Made by a program: the position numbers and the translations under genes. The notes under the pieces are model-generated. The model was not told where the DNA came from and made no database searches. It saw only the letters and a program-made list of their open reading frames with translations. This document shows positions 10,320 to 19,728 of a DNA stretch of 64,000 bases, piece after piece (the stretch's first letter is position 1; each line of letters starts with the position of its first letter). Origin of the DNA: an uncultured Acidobacteriaceae bacterium (GTDB lineage Bacteria > Acidobacteriota > Terriglobia > Terriglobales > Acidobacteriaceae); assembly GCA_963749635.1 (NCBI GenBank), contig CAVVNW010000008.1, positions 72,413 to 136,412 on the forward strand. Reading direction: 5' to 3'.

Positions 10320-11094
10320 TTACCGGCCCCGAGGCTCGATTATGGTCTGCCCTGGCCAGCATTTGATCGATCGCATCTTTTTCTGTGGGCTTAAGTGCCC
10401 GCACTTGCCCTTTCTTTAGATCACCCAGAGCTAAGCGTCCGATGGCGACGCGAATCAGACGTAGGACCTCGATTCCAAGAGCGGCGAAAATGCGACGGAT
10501 GTGTCGATTTCGGCCCTCATCCAGAACTATCTCGACCCAAGAGTTCTTCTTCCCTGCCCGCAAGGCGGACACATGTAGTACACGGAGTACTTCCCCTCCT
10601 TCGCATACGCCTGCCTTTATCCTGCTTACCAGCTCGGCGTCTGCGATTACCGAGATCTGCACCCGGTAGGTTTTCGGAATGCCCGACGCCGGAGACGTGA
10701 CCTGTGCTGCCCATTCCGAATCGTTGGTGAACAGCAACAAACCCTCGCTAGCCTGGTCGAGGCGGCCCACCGGAGTCACCCACGGCAACTCGGGATCGAG
10801 CAATGCGTAAACTGTCGGGCGGCCCTTCTCATCGGAAACAGTAGTGACCAAACCTCGTGGCTTATTCATCATGAAGTAGACCTTGTCGGTCTGCTGAACG
10901 GGCTTACCGTCCACCGAGATCTGATCACCATTCACCACGGGATATTCCGGATCGCTACGCCGACGACCGTTGACGTTTACCCGGCCGGAACGAACCAACA
11001 CGAATGCTTGCGAGCGCGAGCAGTAACCCAATTTAGACAACGCCCGGGCCAGTCCGGTACGTCGGGAATTCTGTCGCCTGAGCATCTCGTTCAT
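10291..11094 (-). CDS. Pseudouridine synthase, RsuA/RluB family with S4 domain
   Basis: S4-like LARALSKLGYCSRSQAFVLVRSGRVNVNGR and catalytic GRLDQASEGLLLFTND. I chose the ATG at 11094 (MNEMLRRQ), which lies 4 nt after the stop of the upstream gene, rather than the longer ORF start at 11232. Confidence 0.85.
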   Translation of the reverse strand: MNEMLRRQNSRRTGLARALSKLGYCSRSQAFVLVRSGRVNVNGRRRSDPEYPVVNGDQISVDGKPVQQTDKVYFMMNKPRGLVTTVSDEKGRPTVYALLDPELPWVTPVGRLDQASEGLLLFTNDSEWAAQVTSPASGIPKTYRVQISVIADAELVSRIKAGVCEGGEVLRVLHVSALRAGKKNSWVEIVLDEGRNRHIRRIFAALGIEVLRLIRVAIGRLALGDLKKGQVRALKPTEKDAIDQMLARADHNRASGPVIRRPSSNRA

Positions 11095-11098
11095 TCCA

Positions 11099-12286
11099 TC
11101 ACTGTTCGGTGCCCGGGGAATTGGCGTGATTGGTGGCAGGTAAGTCCTGGGCTCGGCCTTTCCATTCGCCGCCACGGCCGGCCCAGAATTTGAGTGCTGA
11201 ATGAACCGTGGCCAGCATGTAAAAGAATGCACTGAATGGTAAAGCCAACGACCAAAGAATGTTCAGACCGTAGAATCGCACCATAGGAGCGTAGGCCATC
11301 GTCATCAGCATCCAACTCGACACACCGAGAAGAATCAACCATCTGTTTGCAGTCAGAATTAATGCCAGCGGAACAAGGTAAGTTACGATTAATCCAACTA
11401 TTGCTCCCGCTAGTAAGAGAGTTGAATGCTGCAGTTGATTGAATGCAGTGCGCGAAATCATTCTTTCGATCTCCGCGAAACTTCCGTAGGCGCGCTGACT
11501 GGACGTATTGGCAGACATTCCCAGCCACACTCGTCCGCCGGACTGCTTCACGGCTTTGGCCAACGCACAGTCGTCAATGATCTGATTGCGGATTGCAGCG
11601 ATGCCGCCGGCGGTGCGTAACGCACCTGGCCGAATCAGCATGCAGCCTCCCGCGGCGCCTGCCACGGTGCGCCTGGGATCACGAATCCAGGCTGGGGGAT
11701 AGAGAAGAAAAAAGAAAAAGACGAAGGGAGGGATCAGAAGGCGCTCAGCAATGCTGTTGCATTGCAGTTTCACCATGAATGAGACGAGGTCGTAATTCTC
11801 TGCTTCCGCAATGCCGGCGAGGGTTGCGACGTTGTCGGGCGAATGTCGAATATCGGCATCCGTGAACAGCAAGAATTTCGGATTCAATCGCATTGCCTGG
11901 TCAACACCTTGCTGGACCGCCCAGAGCTTGCCTGTCCAACCTGGGGGCAGGTCGCGGCCGGAAATAACGCTGACCGAGTCAGCGCGGTTGAGGTCATGAC
12001 CGGCCCGAAGTGCGGATTCGGCGGTCTGGTCGGAGCTGTGGTCATCAACCACGAAAATATGAAGCGACTCGACAGACCTCTGTTCCAGAAGCGACTGGAC
12101 CGTCGAGCCAATAAATTCCGCCTCATCTCGAGCGGGAATCACTGCGGCAACCAGCCCACGTACGGGATCCGGTGGCCGTTTTGGGGCCCCCAAACGCCAG
12201 ACCTTCCAGAATCCGCCATGCGCGGTCAGCAGGTATATCCATGCTGCGAGACTAAGCGTTCCGGCGATAAGGCCTAGCAAGTACAT
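11099..12286 (-). CDS. Family 2 glycosyltransferase, HpnB-like, with flanking TM helices
   Basis: VIPARDEAEFIG, VVDDHSSDQT, GWTGKLWAVQQG and a DxD motif in FTDADI. There is an N-terminal TM helix and several C-terminal ones. The resemblance to hopanoid-associated HpnB is from memory only. Confidence 0.65.
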   Translation of the reverse strand: MYLLGLIAGTLSLAAWIYLLTAHGGFWKVWRLGAPKRPPDPVRGLVAAVIPARDEAEFIGSTVQSLLEQRSVESLHIFVVDDHSSDQTAESALRAGHDLNRADSVSVISGRDLPPGWTGKLWAVQQGVDQAMRLNPKFLLFTDADIRHSPDNVATLAGIAEAENYDLVSFMVKLQCNSIAERLLIPPFVFFFFLLYPPAWIRDPRRTVAGAAGGCMLIRPGALRTAGGIAAIRNQIIDDCALAKAVKQSGGRVWLGMSANTSSQRAYGSFAEIERMISRTAFNQLQHSTLLLAGAIVGLIVTYLVPLALILTANRWLILLGVSSWMLMTMAYAPMVRFYGLNILWSLALPFSAFFYMLATVHSALKFWAGRGGEWKGRAQDLPATNHANSPGTEQ

Positions 12287-12387
12287 GCAAGTTCAGTTTA
12301 TCCGCAGTCGGTTTCACCGACACCGTGATCGCTTTAAATCACTCTGTCGCAGCTTGACGCGACCTGCTACACTCACCCGCGGTCCTT

Positions 12388-13986
12388 ATGACAACACCAA
12401 TAGCGCCACAACGTACTGCCCTGTACGCCGACCCAGAAGGCAAGTTCGTTCACGATGTTGTGCTCGAGGCTTGCCGGCGACACGGCGAGAAGGTCGCCGT
12501 CATTGATACCTCGTGCACACCTTATCGCCGCGTGACTTACGCGGAATATGGAGAAATGGTCGAACGCATGGCACGGGGACTTGTGGCCTCGGGCATCCGC
12601 CCCGGTGATATGGTTGGAATCTTTCTGCCGAACTGCTGGGAATTCGGCGTCGCGTTTCACGCTATCACCTTGGCGGGAGCGACCCCGACGACGATGAATC
12701 CGACCTATCGCGACCGCGAGGTGCATTACCAGATGGAGACGTCGGGGGCGGTGGCCTTGATTAGCGATGGGCCCTTGCTCGAAGGAATCGACCTGTCCGG
12801 TCTACCGGCATTGCGGAAGGTGTATACCATCCGCAATGGAGCGAGCTCTGGATCCGAGCCGCTGTCGAGCCTCTATACGTACTCTGGAAGCCCTGCACTG
12901 CCCACTCCAGAGCACGACTCCCGATTGACGATCGCGACGCTTCCCTTCTCCAGCGGAACCACAGGGTTGCCCAAGGGAGTGATGCTCTCGCACTACAACA
13001 TCGTTGCCAACGTCTACCAGACGCTGACGTCGGGCGAGACCGGATGCATCGGCGAAAGCGATGTGGTGCTTTGCTACCTTCCGATGTATCACATCTACGG
13101 GCTGACGGTCGGACTGAATTTGGCACTCATGCGCGGATGCACAGTTGTGTTTATGCCGCGATTCGATTGCGAGGCTTCGTTGCGGATCGCGGTCGAAGAA
13201 AACGTCACGGTAAATCTCTGCGTGCCGCCGGCCTTGCTGGCATACTGTAATGCCGCCGACCAAGGCAAGTTTCCCCGCGAGCATCGCATGCGATGGGCAA
13301 AATGCGGCGCTGCACCGCTTGCTCCTGACCTTGCAAGGCGCTTCAAAGAGTCCACGGGCATTCCCATTCGACAGGGCTATGGCATGACCGAAGCTTCGCC
13401 TGTCACACACATGGGGTATCTCGATCTTGTGTTTTATCGCGGCGATTCGATAGGGGGACCCGTAGCGCTAACCGAGTGCCGTGTACTGGACGAAAAAGAC
13501 AATGAAGTTCCACCCGGCGAGATCGGCGAGTTGGTCATGCGCGGCCCGCAGATCATGCTTGGCTATTGGAAATCCCCGGATGCTACTGCAGCGGTGCTCC
13601 GCGACGGATGGTACTGGTCGGGGGATGTTGTGCGCGTCGACGAGCAGGGTTTGTACTACGTCGTCGATCGTCGCAAGGAGATGATGAAGTACAAAGGCTT
13701 CTCGATTGCACCGGCAGAAGTCGAAGGCGTCTTGCTAGAGCATCCTGCGGTGCGCGACTGTGGCGTTGTCTCGCGGGTCGACGGAGCAGGCGAGGAGATT
13801 CCGTGCGCTTTCGTCGTTCTGCGCCAGGAATATCTTGAAACCGAGGAGACTTCGGCGAGTATGCGCGATTTTGTTGCCCAGCGTCTGAGTAGTTACAAGA
13901 TGCCGCGCGAAATTCACTTTGTGCAGAGTATTCCGCGTACAGCCTCTGGCAAAATTCTGCGCCGCGATTTGCGGAAGCTGTTCTGA
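12388..13986 (+). CDS. AMP-dependent synthetase/ligase (acyl- or 4-coumarate-CoA ligase family)
   Basis: AMP-binding motif FSSGTTGLPKGVMLSH, GYGMTE, and the C-terminal SGKILRRDL. Confidence 0.85.
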   Translation: MTTPIAPQRTALYADPEGKFVHDVVLEACRRHGEKVAVIDTSCTPYRRVTYAEYGEMVERMARGLVASGIRPGDMVGIFLPNCWEFGVAFHAITLAGATPTTMNPTYRDREVHYQMETSGAVALISDGPLLEGIDLSGLPALRKVYTIRNGASSGSEPLSSLYTYSGSPALPTPEHDSRLTIATLPFSSGTTGLPKGVMLSHYNIVANVYQTLTSGETGCIGESDVVLCYLPMYHIYGLTVGLNLALMRGCTVVFMPRFDCEASLRIAVEENVTVNLCVPPALLAYCNAADQGKFPREHRMRWAKCGAAPLAPDLARRFKESTGIPIRQGYGMTEASPVTHMGYLDLVFYRGDSIGGPVALTECRVLDEKDNEVPPGEIGELVMRGPQIMLGYWKSPDATAAVLRDGWYWSGDVVRVDEQGLYYVVDRRKEMMKYKGFSIAPAEVEGVLLEHPAVRDCGVVSRVDGAGEEIPCAFVVLRQEYLETEETSASMRDFVAQRLSSYKMPREIHFVQSIPRTASGKILRRDLRKLF

Positions 13987-14001
13987 AACACACAGCGACG
14001 G

Positions 14002-15423
14002 CTAGCGGCGATTGTCAGTTTGCGGCTCGGGATGAATGAGTACGCGGAATAGGTCGGGGACTTCCTGACGGAAACGGCTTTCGAGTGCGGTCTGAATGGC
14101 GTGCACCCGAGCCAATGGAAGATCGTCTTTCAGCGTGCAGTGGAGCGACAGATAGAGACGCCCGGCCACACGCTTAAACGTCAGATCGTGCGTGTCAATC
14201 ACTTCCGGAAAGCTTCTGCTAATTTGCTGAATGTGGCGCTCGAAGTTGGATGCTTCCACCGGACCATCGCTGGTTTCTATGGTGGCCGGCTCGCTTTCAA
14301 TGTGGGTCAGAATGCTGGAAAGCTCGGGAATCTCGGTGCGCATTTCGCTTTCCAGCCGAGTGACCTGGTCGTGCGCGGCCTTGAGCGGCAACCGTTCGTC
14401 CAGTTCGACGTGCTGCTCAACGTGCAACTGCCCGTTCAAGTCCTGAACGCTGATGTCATGAACGTTCAGGTTGTTGCGTGTTGCCACCGCCCGGATTCGA
14501 TCAAACAGGCTTTCCCCTTGACCGGCGCGCGCAACCGCGTTCACCACCACATCCGACTCCGGCAACAATTGGCGCACGGCGGACGCCGCATCATTCGCAA
14601 CCTGTTCGGACTTCTGGAATGTCACGTTGCGCGACATAGCCAGAGAAATGTCGGCAAAATACTTGCTGCCTCCGCGGCGGATGCGCACCCGATCCACAGC
14701 GAGAACGCCGTCTACGCGCGAGACTTCACTCATGATCTTGGTGCGAATTCCAGCCGGCGCTCCGTCCAGAAGCGCGTCAATGGTTTCCCGGGCAAGACGC
14801 CAGCTCACATAAACCACAATGCAGGCCACGACCAGCGCAGCGATCGGATCGGCCTTGGCCAGCCATGGGATTTTATAAGTGCGTCCCGCCAGCACCAGGA
14901 GGAGCCCGAGAATCACCACGCTGCTGGACCAGACATCGGTGCTGAAATGCAAAGCGTCGGCCAACAAGGCCTGACTGCTGTACTTCCTGGCAACGCGTTG
15001 CAGGCGGCGCGAGCGCCACACGTCGACCGCGATGGAGATGCCCATCACAACGAATGCCCAAATGGTGGGCTCGATTTCGACCGAATGAAAAAAGAGGCGC
15101 TTGGTGGCCTCATAAACGATCCACACGCAGGTCGCCAGGAGAAGCGCAGTCTCAAGAAAAGCCGAGAAATTCTCCACCTTGCCGTGGCCGTACTGATGCG
15201 TAGCATCGGCCGGCCTATCGGAGACCCGCACCGAGAAATAAGTGACGACAGCAGCGACCAGGTCCAGGCCCGAATGGGCAGCCTCCGATAAGATACCCAG
15301 GCTCCCGGTGGAGATCCCCACTGCAATTTTCAAGGACGTGATCGCCACCGCGGCGTAAACGGAATTCAGTGCCACCGCCTTCTTTTCCGATTCACGCTGG
15401 GTGATGTCCGGCGAGTTTGTCAT
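14002..15423 (-). CDS. Cation diffusion facilitator (CDF) transporter with an extended cytoplasmic tail
   Basis: Six predicted TM helices with metal-site motifs HSGLDLVAAVV and ADALHFSTDVWSS. At 473 aa it is about 170 aa longer than typical CDFs. Confidence 0.85.
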   Translation of the reverse strand: MTNSPDITQRESEKKAVALNSVYAAVAITSLKIAVGISTGSLGILSEAAHSGLDLVAAVVTYFSVRVSDRPADATHQYGHGKVENFSAFLETALLLATCVWIVYEATKRLFFHSVEIEPTIWAFVVMGISIAVDVWRSRRLQRVARKYSSQALLADALHFSTDVWSSSVVILGLLLVLAGRTYKIPWLAKADPIAALVVACIVVYVSWRLARETIDALLDGAPAGIRTKIMSEVSRVDGVLAVDRVRIRRGGSKYFADISLAMSRNVTFQKSEQVANDAASAVRQLLPESDVVVNAVARAGQGESLFDRIRAVATRNNLNVHDISVQDLNGQLHVEQHVELDERLPLKAAHDQVTRLESEMRTEIPELSSILTHIESEPATIETSDGPVEASNFERHIQQISRSFPEVIDTHDLTFKRVAGRLYLSLHCTLKDDLPLARVHAIQTALESRFRQEVPDLFRVLIHPEPQTDNRR

Positions 15424-15545
15424 AGCGCGGGTATCTGGCTCCGTAGAGGATCCGCTTGTCTCGGGCGGTTGGGCATCCTATGATACGATGCTGTCAAACT
15501 TCTGCGCCGCACCAGGCGTCACATTTCCCGGAGGAAATACCCTTC

Positions 15546-16586
15546 ATGCAGCACCAGCGAATGGCCGTTCTCTTGATTTCGTGTGTCCTCACTGGTCCCG
15601 GATTTGCGCAAACATCAAGCCCAGAAGGCGCAAAACAGACCAACGTTGTGTCCACCAATAGCCCCGCCTCGCCAAACCCCGACGCGGTCGGAATGGACCA
15701 ACCCGTTATTACTTTGAAAGGTGGATGTGAGCCCATCGGCAACCTGGCGCCGGCGAAGGACTGCATCAGCAGCGTGACCCGCGCCCAGTTCGAAAAGTTG
15801 ACTAATGCTTTGCAGCCAAGCATGCCGTTCGATACGAAGCGAACATTTGCCAACAACTATAGCAAGTTGTTGGTCTACGCCGATGCTGCTCGGGCCTTGC
15901 ATCTTGAAAACAGCCCCGACGTTCAGCTCATCATGCAGTTTGTATCCAACCAGGTTTTGGCTGAAGCACTCAGACGCCATTACGCCGAAGAATACGCGCA
16001 TCCCACTGACCAGCAAACTCAGGACTACTATGACCGTAATAAGGCCAAGTACACGGAGGCAACACTACAGCGAATTATTGTTCCTCACCACCCCTTCTCC
16101 GGTGATAAGGCCTCTGCCGAACAGACCGCAGAGCAAGCCGCCGCGGAAAAGATCAGGCAACAGTGGATCGCGGGTGGGGACCCAGTCAAGTTGCAGCAGG
16201 ACGCGTACCAAGTCGCAGGCGTAACCGGAGCGGGCACGCCCGACGTAAACATGGGTGCCCGAGGCCCGGGCAGTTTGCCGGTCAATCAGGATTCGGTATT
16301 TCAACTGAAGGCCGGTGAAGTATCGCAGGTTTACACCGACGCCGCGGCATCATACATCTACAAGGCGGTTACGATTCGGGAGATTCCGCTAAGCGAGGTC
16401 AAGGATTCGATCGTCAAGACACTTCAGCAGCAGCTACTGCAAGACAAGCTCGAGGAGATTGGGAAGTCTGCCACACCGGTCATCGATGAGGCGTACTTTG
16501 GACCAGCCCCAGTTAATGCAGTTCCGACACCCGGGGGACGGCCAACGCCGCGTGTGCCACCGCCGACGGGCGGTCCCCCAAAGTAG
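15546..16586 (+). CDS. Secreted parvulin (PpiC)-type peptidyl-prolyl isomerase, SurA/PrsA-like, with a Pro-rich tail
   Basis: Start set at ATG 15546 (MQHQRMAVLLISCVLTGPGFAQ signal peptide), with GGAGGA upstream. The parvulin-like segment is ATLQRIIVP...VFQLKAGEVSQV...YIYK, and the C-terminus is PTPGGRPTPRVPPPTGGPPK. Confidence 0.55.
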   Translation: MQHQRMAVLLISCVLTGPGFAQTSSPEGAKQTNVVSTNSPASPNPDAVGMDQPVITLKGGCEPIGNLAPAKDCISSVTRAQFEKLTNALQPSMPFDTKRTFANNYSKLLVYADAARALHLENSPDVQLIMQFVSNQVLAEALRRHYAEEYAHPTDQQTQDYYDRNKAKYTEATLQRIIVPHHPFSGDKASAEQTAEQAAAEKIRQQWIAGGDPVKLQQDAYQVAGVTGAGTPDVNMGARGPGSLPVNQDSVFQLKAGEVSQVYTDAAASYIYKAVTIREIPLSEVKDSIVKTLQQQLLQDKLEEIGKSATPVIDEAYFGPAPVNAVPTPGGRPTPRVPPPTGGPPK

Positions 16587-16590
16587 TGCG

Positions 16591-17646
16591 ATGAACCAGT
16601 CGAGCTCGACGGTACTGGTGACGGGGATCTCAGGCAACCTGGGAACGAGGCTTCTTCCGCTCTTGTCCGGGTTCCACGTGGTGGGCGTAGATCTGCGCCC
16701 ACCCGATTCTTTGTACCCTGTTGAATTCCACACCATGAATCTGGGCGATGAGGCTTCGTGCCGTGAGCTCACCCTGTTATTGCGGCACACGGGCGCGCGT
16801 TCGGTAATACACCTGGCTTTCGTCATCGACCCACTGCGCACTGGCATAATCGATGTCGAGCGCATGTGGCAAATCAATGTAGCCGGGACCGCACGGGTAA
16901 TGGAGGCCATCAGCGTAGTCAACCGGACCGGCGGACGGGTGCGACAGTTCATCTTTCCCAGCAGCGTCTCCGCCTATGGCCCGGAGACACCGGGCCCCGT
17001 CACGGAGGATTTTCCGCTGCGGGCGCATACGCTTCCCTACGCGGTGCACAAACGTGAGAGTGACGAGGTGGTGCGCTATCGCGCTGAGAGCCTGGGCGAC
17101 TGCCGCACCTACATTCTGCGTCCGCACATCTTCACTGGCGCCAGCATGCAGAACTACCTGGTTGGCGCGCTGCGTGGAACGCCTTCAGGCAAGAGCCCGC
17201 GGGCCGCCCGCATGCGCGAGCAGGGTAAACGCCTTCCCTTGATGCTGCCAGTTGGCAAGAAGTATCCACAGCAGCATTTTCAGTTCGTCCATGTTGATGA
17301 CGTGGCCCGACTGCTGGTCTATCTTCTGGACCGGCCGTTTAATGACCCGCCGGTGACCATTCTGAATGTGGCAGCACACGGCGAGCCGCTATCGATCGAG
17401 ACGTGCGCCCGAATCGCCCAAGCCACCATTCGGCGCGTTCCGAGTCGTGCGGCCTGCCGGATGATTCTGCGGATGCTTTGGAAATGGGGGATTTCGTCAA
17501 TTCCGCCCGAGGCGCTGCCCTACATGATCGGGTCGTACACCATGGACACGACTCGACTGCAACAATTCCTCGGCGCTGACTACTCGCATGTGATCCAGTA
17601 TTCGGTTGAGGAAGCGTTGCGCGACAGCTTCGTGAACCCGCGTTAG
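16591..17646 (+). CDS. NAD-dependent epimerase/dehydratase (SDR family)
   Basis: Start set at ATG 16591 (MNQSSSTVLVTGISGNLGTRLL, a Rossmann GxxGxxG motif). The longer ORF from 16459 overlaps the preceding gene. Confidence 0.75.
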   Translation: MNQSSSTVLVTGISGNLGTRLLPLLSGFHVVGVDLRPPDSLYPVEFHTMNLGDEASCRELTLLLRHTGARSVIHLAFVIDPLRTGIIDVERMWQINVAGTARVMEAISVVNRTGGRVRQFIFPSSVSAYGPETPGPVTEDFPLRAHTLPYAVHKRESDEVVRYRAESLGDCRTYILRPHIFTGASMQNYLVGALRGTPSGKSPRAARMREQGKRLPLMLPVGKKYPQQHFQFVHVDDVARLLVYLLDRPFNDPPVTILNVAAHGEPLSIETCARIAQATIRRVPSRAACRMILRMLWKWGISSIPPEALPYMIGSYTMDTTRLQQFLGADYSHVIQYSVEEALRDSFVNPR

Positions 17647-17677
17647 GTTCGTCTCAAACCGAAGCGCAAATTCGGCG

Positions 17678-18469
17678 CTACTTTCTTCCCCGGTAGAGCC
17701 CGGCAATCCCGAAGGTGTAAGGGTTCCAGGAAACGTCTCGAAAACCGGCCGCCCGCATCCGCTCCAGCATCTCTTCTGGGGCAGGAAAGCGCTGCACGGA
17801 TCTTGGCAGATAGGCATACGGGCCGCTCACACCGGAAATTATGGTCCCAATGGCTGGCAGCACACGTCGAAAGTACAACCGGTACACCGACCCGACGATT
17901 CCCTTCGGTTCACCGAAGTCAAGTATGCCGATCTCGCCGTCGGTCGCCAGCACGCGATAGATCTCGGCCAGTCCGTGATCGTAATTCGCGAGGTTGCGGA
18001 AGCCAAAGGCCGCAGTCACCAGGTCGAATTGGCTGCCGCCAAAAGGAAGTTGGAGAGCATCGGCTTCTACCCAACGGACGGGCCTTTCACGCGTCTTCTC
18101 CATCGCCAGAACAAGCATTGCGTGCGAAAAGTCGGCACCTACCAGTCTTGCGGACTTGCCTTTCATTCGCCGTTGAAGCGCAAACGTCATGTCGCCGGTC
18201 CCGCAGCATAGATCGAGCACTCGTGCATCGGGCCGCGACAAGACCTGCTCGAATCGACGCGCAGTCTGGTTCCACCACAGGCGATCGACGTTCATCGACA
18301 GCACGTGGTTCAGCAAGTCGTACTTCGGCGCGATCGAGCTGAACATATCGCGCACGGCAGTCGCAGCTGATGCCTCGTCGCTGGCACCCGCAGGTGTCGC
18401 GCCCACAACCCGGCCTTGGGGACTCCTGGTCTCCGGTTGCTTTGAGATATCTGGCTCTGGTGTGCTCAT
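17678..18469 (-). CDS. ubiE: Demethylmenaquinone / ubiquinone C-methyltransferase
   Basis: MFSSIAPKYDLLNHVLSMNVDRLWW and SAM motif VLDLCCGTGDMT. Its start overlaps the aroB stop by 4 nt. Confidence 0.88.
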   Translation of the reverse strand: MSTPEPDISKQPETRSPQGRVVGATPAGASDEASAATAVRDMFSSIAPKYDLLNHVLSMNVDRLWWNQTARRFEQVLSRPDARVLDLCCGTGDMTFALQRRMKGKSARLVGADFSHAMLVLAMEKTRERPVRWVEADALQLPFGGSQFDLVTAAFGFRNLANYDHGLAEIYRVLATDGEIGILDFGEPKGIVGSVYRLYFRRVLPAIGTIISGVSGPYAYLPRSVQRFPAPEEMLERMRAAGFRDVSWNPYTFGIAGLYRGRK

Positions 18470-19566
18470 TGTGGTTTGGACAACCTTGCTATTTCTTCGA
18501 CTGCGGCAGCAACCATACTCGGCGGAACAGTATTGACCACTTCGACGGCTCCGATTTTGCTCGCGAGGACAAAGTGAGGCACCCCGCCCATCGTCTTTTT
18601 GTCGGACTGAAGCAATCGAACGACGCGCTTGCCGTTCACACTTACAGGCGGAAGCGAGCCGTACGAACGGATGAGCGACACAATGCGGTCAGCGGTGACC
18701 GGATCGGTGACTTTCATTTCCCTGCCGATGATAGCGGCCGCAACCATGCCCCAACCAACTGCCTCGCCATGGAGAAAGTGCTTATAGCGGGTTGCCGATT
18801 CCAGGGCGTGCCCGACGGTGTGGCCGAAGTTCAGGATCCTTCTCTCGCCCCCCTCGCGCTCGTCCGCACTCACCACGTCCGCTTTGACCGTGACACAGTC
18901 GACGATCAAGCGCTCCAGCAGCTCGCCGTCCCGTTGAAGCAGGGCATCCCGCTGGGATTCCATTAATTCAAAGATCTCCGGATTACGAATCACTCCATAT
19001 TTCATTGCCTCGAAAAGACCTGAGCGGTATTCGCGCTCCGGAAGCGTCGTTAGCGCCTCTGGATCGGCCAGGACTGAGAGTGGCTGATGAAACGTCCCGA
19101 TGAGATTCTTGCCTGTAACCAGGTTGACGCCTGTCTTGCCACCGATGGCGGAGTCAACCTGTGCCACCAGTGTCGTCGGAATTTGAATGACGGGAACGCC
19201 TCGCATGAAGATCGACGCCAAGAATCCGCCAACGTCGCCCACTACTCCGCCGCCAAGCGCTACAACGACGGAACGACGGTCTGCGCCGAGACCCATTATT
19301 TTCGCCGCTAGTTTTTCGACCGTGCCGAGTCTTTTGGCACTCTCTCCGTCCGGCATCACTAATACTTCGAACGATCGACCAGAAGCAGAGAGGCCTACTT
19401 TGAGCGAGTCTCCCCATAGCGCCAGAATTGGTTCCGACGACAGAAGAAACACTTTGCTGTGGGCTGGAATGACTTCCTGCAACACGGCCGCCGCCGTGCG
19501 TAGCAAGCCACGCTCGACCAGCACTTCATACGATCGCGAAGAGGTACGAACCGGTATGCGAGTCAA
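18466..19566 (-). CDS. aroB: 3-dehydroquinate synthase
   Basis: GGGVVGDVGGFLASIFMRGVPVIQIPTTLVAQVDSAIGGKTGVN and HTVGHALE. Confidence 0.93.
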   Translation of the reverse strand: MTRIPVRTSSRSYEVLVERGLLRTAAAVLQEVIPAHSKVFLLSSEPILALWGDSLKVGLSASGRSFEVLVMPDGESAKRLGTVEKLAAKIMGLGADRRSVVVALGGGVVGDVGGFLASIFMRGVPVIQIPTTLVAQVDSAIGGKTGVNLVTGKNLIGTFHQPLSVLADPEALTTLPEREYRSGLFEAMKYGVIRNPEIFELMESQRDALLQRDGELLERLIVDCVTVKADVVSADEREGGERRILNFGHTVGHALESATRYKHFLHGEAVGWGMVAAAIIGREMKVTDPVTADRIVSLIRSYGSLPPVSVNGKRVVRLLQSDKKTMGGVPHFVLASKIGAVEVVNTVPPSMVAAAVEEIARLSKPQ

Positions 19567-19691
19567 ACTTCTAGTGTAACGGAAGCCTGTTCAGGCCACA
19601 CGAGGCTCCTTCCAATTGCATTTCCCGATGCCGGAATTGGCTCTGCTCGGCCACATCGCAGGCCTCTAGCGCGTGTTACCATCAGCATAAG

Positions 19692-19714
19692 AAACGCTGA
19701 ATTTCAGGCGTTTT
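19692..19714 (+). promoter_or_regulatory. Terminator-like hairpin in the nadB leader
   Basis: AAACGCTGA-ATT-TCAG(G)GCGTTT: about a 10-bp stem with one bulged G, followed by TGTTTCGG, ending 15 nt before the nadB ATG at 19729. Confidence 0.3.
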
Positions 19715-19728
19715 GTTTCGGTCAACAC

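Noticed and set aside
14101-15291. Long ORFs that lie antisense to, or in an alternative frame within, confident genes: 14101..15291, 24894..25829, 31688..32569, 35434..36372, 40931..41632, 47834..48514, 49735..50550 and 52712..53716.
   Set aside because: Their translations are Arg/Gly/Pro/Ala-rich and low in complexity, carry no recognisable motifs, and lie fully within genes that have clear family signatures. This is the typical artefact of GC-rich DNA.
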